The notes under the pieces were generated by a model. It saw only the letters and a list, made by a program, of their open reading frames with translations. It was not told the DNA's origin and ran no database searches. DNA of 64,000 nucleotides from Alphaproteobacteria bacterium (GTDB taxonomy: Bacteria > Pseudomonadota > Alphaproteobacteria > GCA-2731375): NCBI GenBank assembly GCA_965232515.1, contig CBDDPY010000002.1, forward strand, positions 5,600,001-5,664,000. The letters are read 5' to 3'. A program made the position numbers and the translations under genes. Below are positions 59,853-64,000 of the stretch, in pieces (positions within the stretch are counted from its first letter, which is position 1; each line of letters opens with the position of its first letter).

Positions 59853-60337
59853 TCGGCAGCCGATCCGGCTGGCTGGTTCGCTGTCTGTGAACGCGGCTTA
59901 ACGACATTCTCGAAAGCCGCCACGATCTCTGTTTTTGTTGCCGGACCGATGTTCGGACCCGGATTGGGATGCGTCGAGAAGAGTTGTCCATCGGCGTAAA
60001 TCTGAACCGCCGACTCGCCCTTGGCGATATACATCCCTTTAACCGGATATCCCTCAAAAATGGCCTCGCGGGTCGTCTCCCGCACTGCGTAGAAGGCCTC
60101 GCGGTTCTGCCCATAAAAGATGACCAGGATTGCGTCGTTCGACTCTTCCGCCGCCGCAACGATGAGGTAGCGCGGCGAGATATCGCGCACGTCGCGCATC
60201 GGCACCTTGACTTCGGACAGCGAAGCCGGACGGCTTGCCTGATCCTTGCCGCCCGCGCCAAGCGCCGGTAGGGAAAAACCCACCAAACCGGACAGCGCGG
60301 CAATGACAGCGCATCCAAGAATCTTACGCCGGATCAT
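59849..60337 (-). CDS. Exported hypothetical protein
   Basis: GGGAG RBS, signal peptide MIRRKILGCAVIAALSGLVGFSLPALG; overlaps the convergent gene by 4 nt. Confidence 0.7.
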   Translation of the reverse strand: MIRRKILGCAVIAALSGLVGFSLPALGAGGKDQASRPASLSEVKVPMRDVRDISPRYLIVAAAEESNDAILVIFYGQNREAFYAVRETTREAIFEGYPVKGMYIAKGESAVQIYADGQLFSTHPNPGPNIGPATKTEIVAAFENVVKPRSQTANQPAGSAAD

Positions 60338-60428
60338 CGGCGGCTCCCTTTCCCACGAACCTTGATGCCGAAGTTGCGCATAAAGTCATCAGGCAGCTAT
60401 TCCGCCAATGGAGGCGGTCATTACTGCC

Positions 60429-60580
60429 TCTCAGAAAGGGAACCCTTTCTTATATATTTACAGAAACTTTCTGGTTGTCACTTTTTCTTGTTTTCTTTGC
60501 CAAAAACCGTACTGTTTTGATGGTGAGGGAGCCTGTGCGGCCCGGTAAAGGGGCTGGCAGAAAGGGTTCCCTTTTTTACA
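60429..60580. promoter_or_regulatory. hix/res-like recombination sites upstream of the resolvase
   Basis: TCTCAGAAAGGG-AA-CCCTTTCTTATA (60429-60454) and TGGCAGAAAGGG-TT-CCCTTTTTTACA (60555-60580); weaker site near 60498-60523. Confidence 0.6.
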
Positions 60581-60640
60581 GATGCGCGAAGCGCGCTGGC
60601 CTCGGGGAACCGCGAAAATTCAGATCAGGAGCAAGCGGCT

Positions 60641-61210
60641 ATGAAGGTCGGCTATGCGCGTGTCTCGACGGACAGACAGACGCTTTACCAGTATATCGAC
60701 GCCTTGAAGGCGTCGGGGTGCGACGAGGACAACATCTTCACGGATTGGGCCACCAGCGCCGCCACCAAAAACCGCCCCGGCCTGCAAGAGGCCCGCGCTG
60801 CCCTCGGGGCCGGGGACACCTTCGTGGTCCTGTCCATTGACCGGGCGTTTCGCTCAACTCTTGAGGGTCTGTTGTTTCTGGATAGCCTGCACCAGGAAGG
60901 CATTACCTTTCAGTCCATATACCAGTGCGTGGATACCGGTACGCCGGAGGGCCGCAAATGGTTCACTTATTCGGTTGCCGACGCCGAGTACGAGAGGGCC
61001 GTTATTTCGCGCCGAACCAAGGACAAAATGGCGGCGGCGAAACGGCGCGGCCAGCATCTTGGACGACCGTATTCCCTCACGATGAGCAAAACCCTGGCCG
61101 CGCACGATTTGGTCAAAAGCGGCCTTCCGATCAGCCGCACCGCCGCAAGGTTTGCTGTCTGCCACCAAACGCTGACGAATTCATTCAAGCGCTTGGGATT
61201 GCAGTTTTGA
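60641..61210 (+). CDS. Small serine resolvase/invertase (Pin/Hin-like)
   Basis: KVGYARVST, RPGL, IDRAFRS, ERAVISRRT, LGRP, C-terminal HTH; AGGAG RBS. Confidence 0.92.
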   Translation: MKVGYARVSTDRQTLYQYIDALKASGCDEDNIFTDWATSAATKNRPGLQEARAALGAGDTFVVLSIDRAFRSTLEGLLFLDSLHQEGITFQSIYQCVDTGTPEGRKWFTYSVADAEYERAVISRRTKDKMAAAKRRGQHLGRPYSLTMSKTLAAHDLVKSGLPISRTAARFAVCHQTLTNSFKRLGLQF

Positions 61211-61367
61211 GCTGCCTGCTCTCGCACGACAGGATAAGGCAATAAAGATCCTTCTGACACCAAGCGGGAAGCTCCGGAACGGCGGCAGCGGGTCTGCTAG
61301 CTGATGAAGCCATTGCGCTCCTGGAGAAGCCCATCGCCGAGCGCCAGATCAAACTCTTCGACGACCA

Positions 61368-61892
61368 GGTCTACCTGCAGAGCGTCATCGACTGCCATTC
61401 GCGCTACGCCTGGGGCCGGCTCCACACCTCCAAGCTGCCCGTGACCGCGGTGCACGTCATGAACAATGACGTGCTGCTCAGCTTCGAGGCGCGGGGCCGC
61501 GATCGCCATCCCTACGAACTGCTCCTCCAGCTCAAGGGCATCGAGCACCACACAACGCGCGTCAGGCGGCCGTGGTCCAACGGCCAGGTCGAAAGGCTGC
61601 ACAGGACGCTCTTGGACGAGCACTTCCGCATCATGGGCAGGAAGAAGGTCTTATGAAGCAGTGGAGGAGATGCAGATCGACCTCGACGCCTTCCTGGTGG
61701 CCTATAACGTCAAGCGACCGTACCAGGGTCGCGGCATGAACGGCAGGACACCGGCTAAGCTCTTCACCGACGGATTGCCCAAGCAGACCAAAGCGAAGAA
61801 ACTGGAGAAGACCGAAACGAAGAGAGCCGCCTAATGCCCCTCCCCCGCGTGGAGTAGGGGCGGCAGTGTCAGATGAATACCCTATCTGCACA
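61368..61892 (+). pseudogene. IS481-family transposase remnant with right end
   Basis: VYLQSVIDCHSRYAWGRL...RHPYELLLQL..IEH...NGQVERLHRTLLDEHF; 5' truncated, catalytic DNG segment missing, frameshift near 61650; end TGTCAGATGAATACCCTATCTGCACA. Confidence 0.8.
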
Positions 61893-62232
61893 TGTTGCCG
61901 TCGTGGTTGCCTCACGCCTTACCGCGAAGCTTTTTTGCAAGCTCGACTACACGTAGATAGCCATAGCATAACGCGTCTGGATGCTGTTCGAGTAGGTTTG
62001 AGCAGTATGGCGCCGCGAACACATGAGGAGTTAGGCATTCCTCGAAGATCACACCATGGACCAAATAACGAGCTAGTTCGGAGTTTTTACACAAGGTTTT
62101 TTTGAAGAAACAAAGCTCAAGGATTGCTTAATGCTTTCTCTTTCGCTCCTGCGCAAATTTATCATTGGAAAGCTACAACACGGGTTGCATGTGGGTTACG
62201 CTGTTTGAGCCGTCAGCGCCTCATCGGAGAAT

Positions 62233-62556
62233 TTGGAAATGGTCGATAAGCCGCAAGAGCACTCAGAGTTCGAAGTTGTAATAGAAGTTTCAGCAGAAAT
62301 CGTTTCGGTACGTAAGTACGAGAAAATCGAACCCGCAGGCGAGTTTGGTCCATATAACGTAGACAAAAGCTCAGAACCTTGGGTTCTATCAGTTCCAAAT
62401 CGAAGAACAATCCGTCTGCACACTTCTCCGTATTACAGACCTTATAGTGACTTTTGGACAAGCCCTCAAACTCGTTTTGAAATCCACAGCGGCCAATGGG
62501 TGGAGGGATATCAAAATAATGCTTGGACGCTATTGACCGATGCCGACCACCGATGA
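62233..62556 (+). CDS. Hypothetical protein or gene fragment
   Basis: 107-aa ORF in low-GC DNA; no motif. Confidence 0.35.
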   Translation: MEMVDKPQEHSEFEVVIEVSAEIVSVRKYEKIEPAGEFGPYNVDKSSEPWVLSVPNRRTIRLHTSPYYRPYSDFWTSPQTRFEIHSGQWVEGYQNNAWTLLTDADHR

Positions 62557-62621
62557 GAGCCTTCCTTAACTAGATCTGTTGGATATGTGCTTGATAGACA
62601 CGGAGCGATCGTTGGCGTTTG

Positions 62622-64000
62622 CTAACGCCATGGCCTTGATCGCGAGCACGATGCAAGTAGGCTGAATTTTTGAAACAGAATTGACCTTGTCATGCCAATT
62701 GGCCTGTGGAGCACTTGTTCCGTCAAGGTCGATATTCTCCGCTTTGAAAGTTCTTCTTCAAATAAGGCCCATAGGAAACATGCTTGAAGTCGGTTCTGAA
62801 TATCCATATCAGTTTTGACATCTTTTTCTCTCGTTAACGACATGAACGAGAATATCATTTTGGAGATTGAAGTACTAGCATTTTGATTTGCGTACTTCCG
62901 CGCCAACGATACGGCATACACTGAAGCCATAAATCGACTACCCGGCAATTCATAGTTTTCAATGCCAGAAATTATTTTATCCAAAATCAACTTGCCTTCG
63001 AGCACTAACCCGTTCCGAAAAGCAACATTCGCGTAATCGTAAAATAGTCCAGTAAAATGATCATCTATGTTCGTCTCTTCTTCTAATTTTAAATTCAATT
63101 CATCTATTCCCATTTTGAGATAGAGCTCTCCCAAATTCGCGTCTCCTTTAAGAAAACTTTGATCAGCAGCCAAAAGTAAAGCTCGAGCCTTCAAATCCGT
63201 ATCTTCCATAACTTCTCCAATAACGCGAACCGCTTCCGGATGGCCAAGTTTGGAAAGAATGTATGAGATTTTCCAATAGATAATGTCGATATCGGAATTA
63301 TCCTTTACCATCTGCCAGACTGCATTATCAAGTCTCCCAGTCGCCAAGAGAAGACCAGCAAGCGCTTCTTCGACCATATCTCTATCAACTCGACCATCTA
63401 CGCTTCCAAATAATGTAGCACTTTCTCTATCGTCTCCTTTCCAAGCAAAAACGCGAGCTCTAAGTTGCAAATATCTATTTCTAACTCTTGTATCGGCGCA
63501 TTGACTATCCCGTACCCGCGCGAAAACCTCACTGACCTTTAACGCTAGGTCGAATTCTCCGATTGCTAATAGGCTTGCAGAAATCTTCTCCAGTGAATGA
63601 TAACTTATTCGCCGGCAGTTCTCCGGAATGTGATTGAGAAGATCATGTACTACTCTAATAGCGAGCTCCTTGTGACCGTGAGCTGCTGCAATGGTAATCA
63701 TCGATTCGGCCGCGGGGCTAGGATATGAGACGTCACCGTCACCACCAACGTCTTTGTAAATCTCGTACATCAAGTCAATACCTGCGTCCGAAATGTGCCT
63801 TCCATGGTGATTGCGTTGTGGCAAACCGCTCAGAAAGCCGAGCTTAGAAGTTTTGTCTTTTGTTTTGATGAATTCAAATGCAGATTTAAAACCATCAGCC
63901 TCGACAATTCGATCGGTCAACACTATATAATTTACTGTTCCAGATTCGCGCTCACTTATTTCTTTGTTCAATTCATCGTACTTTCCATTGGAAGCATATA
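62622..64000 (-). CDS. Low-GC hypothetical alpha-helical repeat (TPR-like) protein; 5' end beyond the window
   Basis: Frame stays open from 62622 past 64000; repeated amphipathic helices such as GEFDLALKV and GRLDNAVW. Confidence 0.65.
   Translation of the reverse strand, partial: YASNGKYDELNKEISERESGTVNYIVLTDRIVEADGFKSAFEFIKTKDKTSKLGFLSGLPQRNHHGRHISDAGIDLMYEIYKDVGGDGDVSYPSPAAESMITIAAAHGHKELAIRVVHDLLNHIPENCRRISYHSLEKISASLLAIGEFDLALKVSEVFARVRDSQCADTRVRNRYLQLRARVFAWKGDDRESATLFGSVDGRVDRDMVEEALAGLLLATGRLDNAVWQMVKDNSDIDIIYWKISYILSKLGHPEAVRVIGEVMEDTDLKARALLLAADQSFLKGDANLGELYLKMGIDELNLKLEEETNIDDHFTGLFYDYANVAFRNGLVLEGKLILDKIISGIENYELPGSRFMASVYAVSLARKYANQNASTSISKMIFSFMSLTREKDVKTDMDIQNRLQACFLWALFEEELSKRRISTLTEQVLHRPIGMTRSILFQKFSLLASCSRSRPWR

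Overview
High-GC alphaproteobacterial chromosome segment in three parts. (1) 1-40.6 kb holds conserved core genes: cobT/cobS, bolA, aroB/aroK, xerD, accA, secA, argJ, mutT, comF, grxC, ubiG, lysC, ptsP, rodZ, ispG, hisS, prfA, prmC, clpB and an M23 peptidase, plus a small inserted vapBC-type module. (2) 40.7-47.5 kb is a complete rrn operon (16S, tRNA-Ile, tRNA-Ala, 23S, 5S, tRNA-fMet). The 23S gene carries two intervening sequences (IVS): a non-coding multi-hairpin insert in helix 25, and an insert in helix 45 that encodes a four-helix-bundle protein inside a 38-bp stem built from 7-nt tandem repeats. The same heptamer fills the spacers and forms long stems that bracket the 23S and 5S rRNAs. 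(3) From 47.5 kb to the window end is a lower-GC island at tRNA-fMet. It contains a large serine recombinase whose C-terminus is read from the antisense strand of the tRNA, a coupled operon ending in a degenerate VirD4-like protein with no visible relaxase or T4SS, an XRE regulator with tandem operators, orphan genes, a small serine resolvase/invertase with hix/res-like sites, and an IS481-family remnant. All calls come from reading the sequence and recognising motifs; no database searches or folding programs were run.
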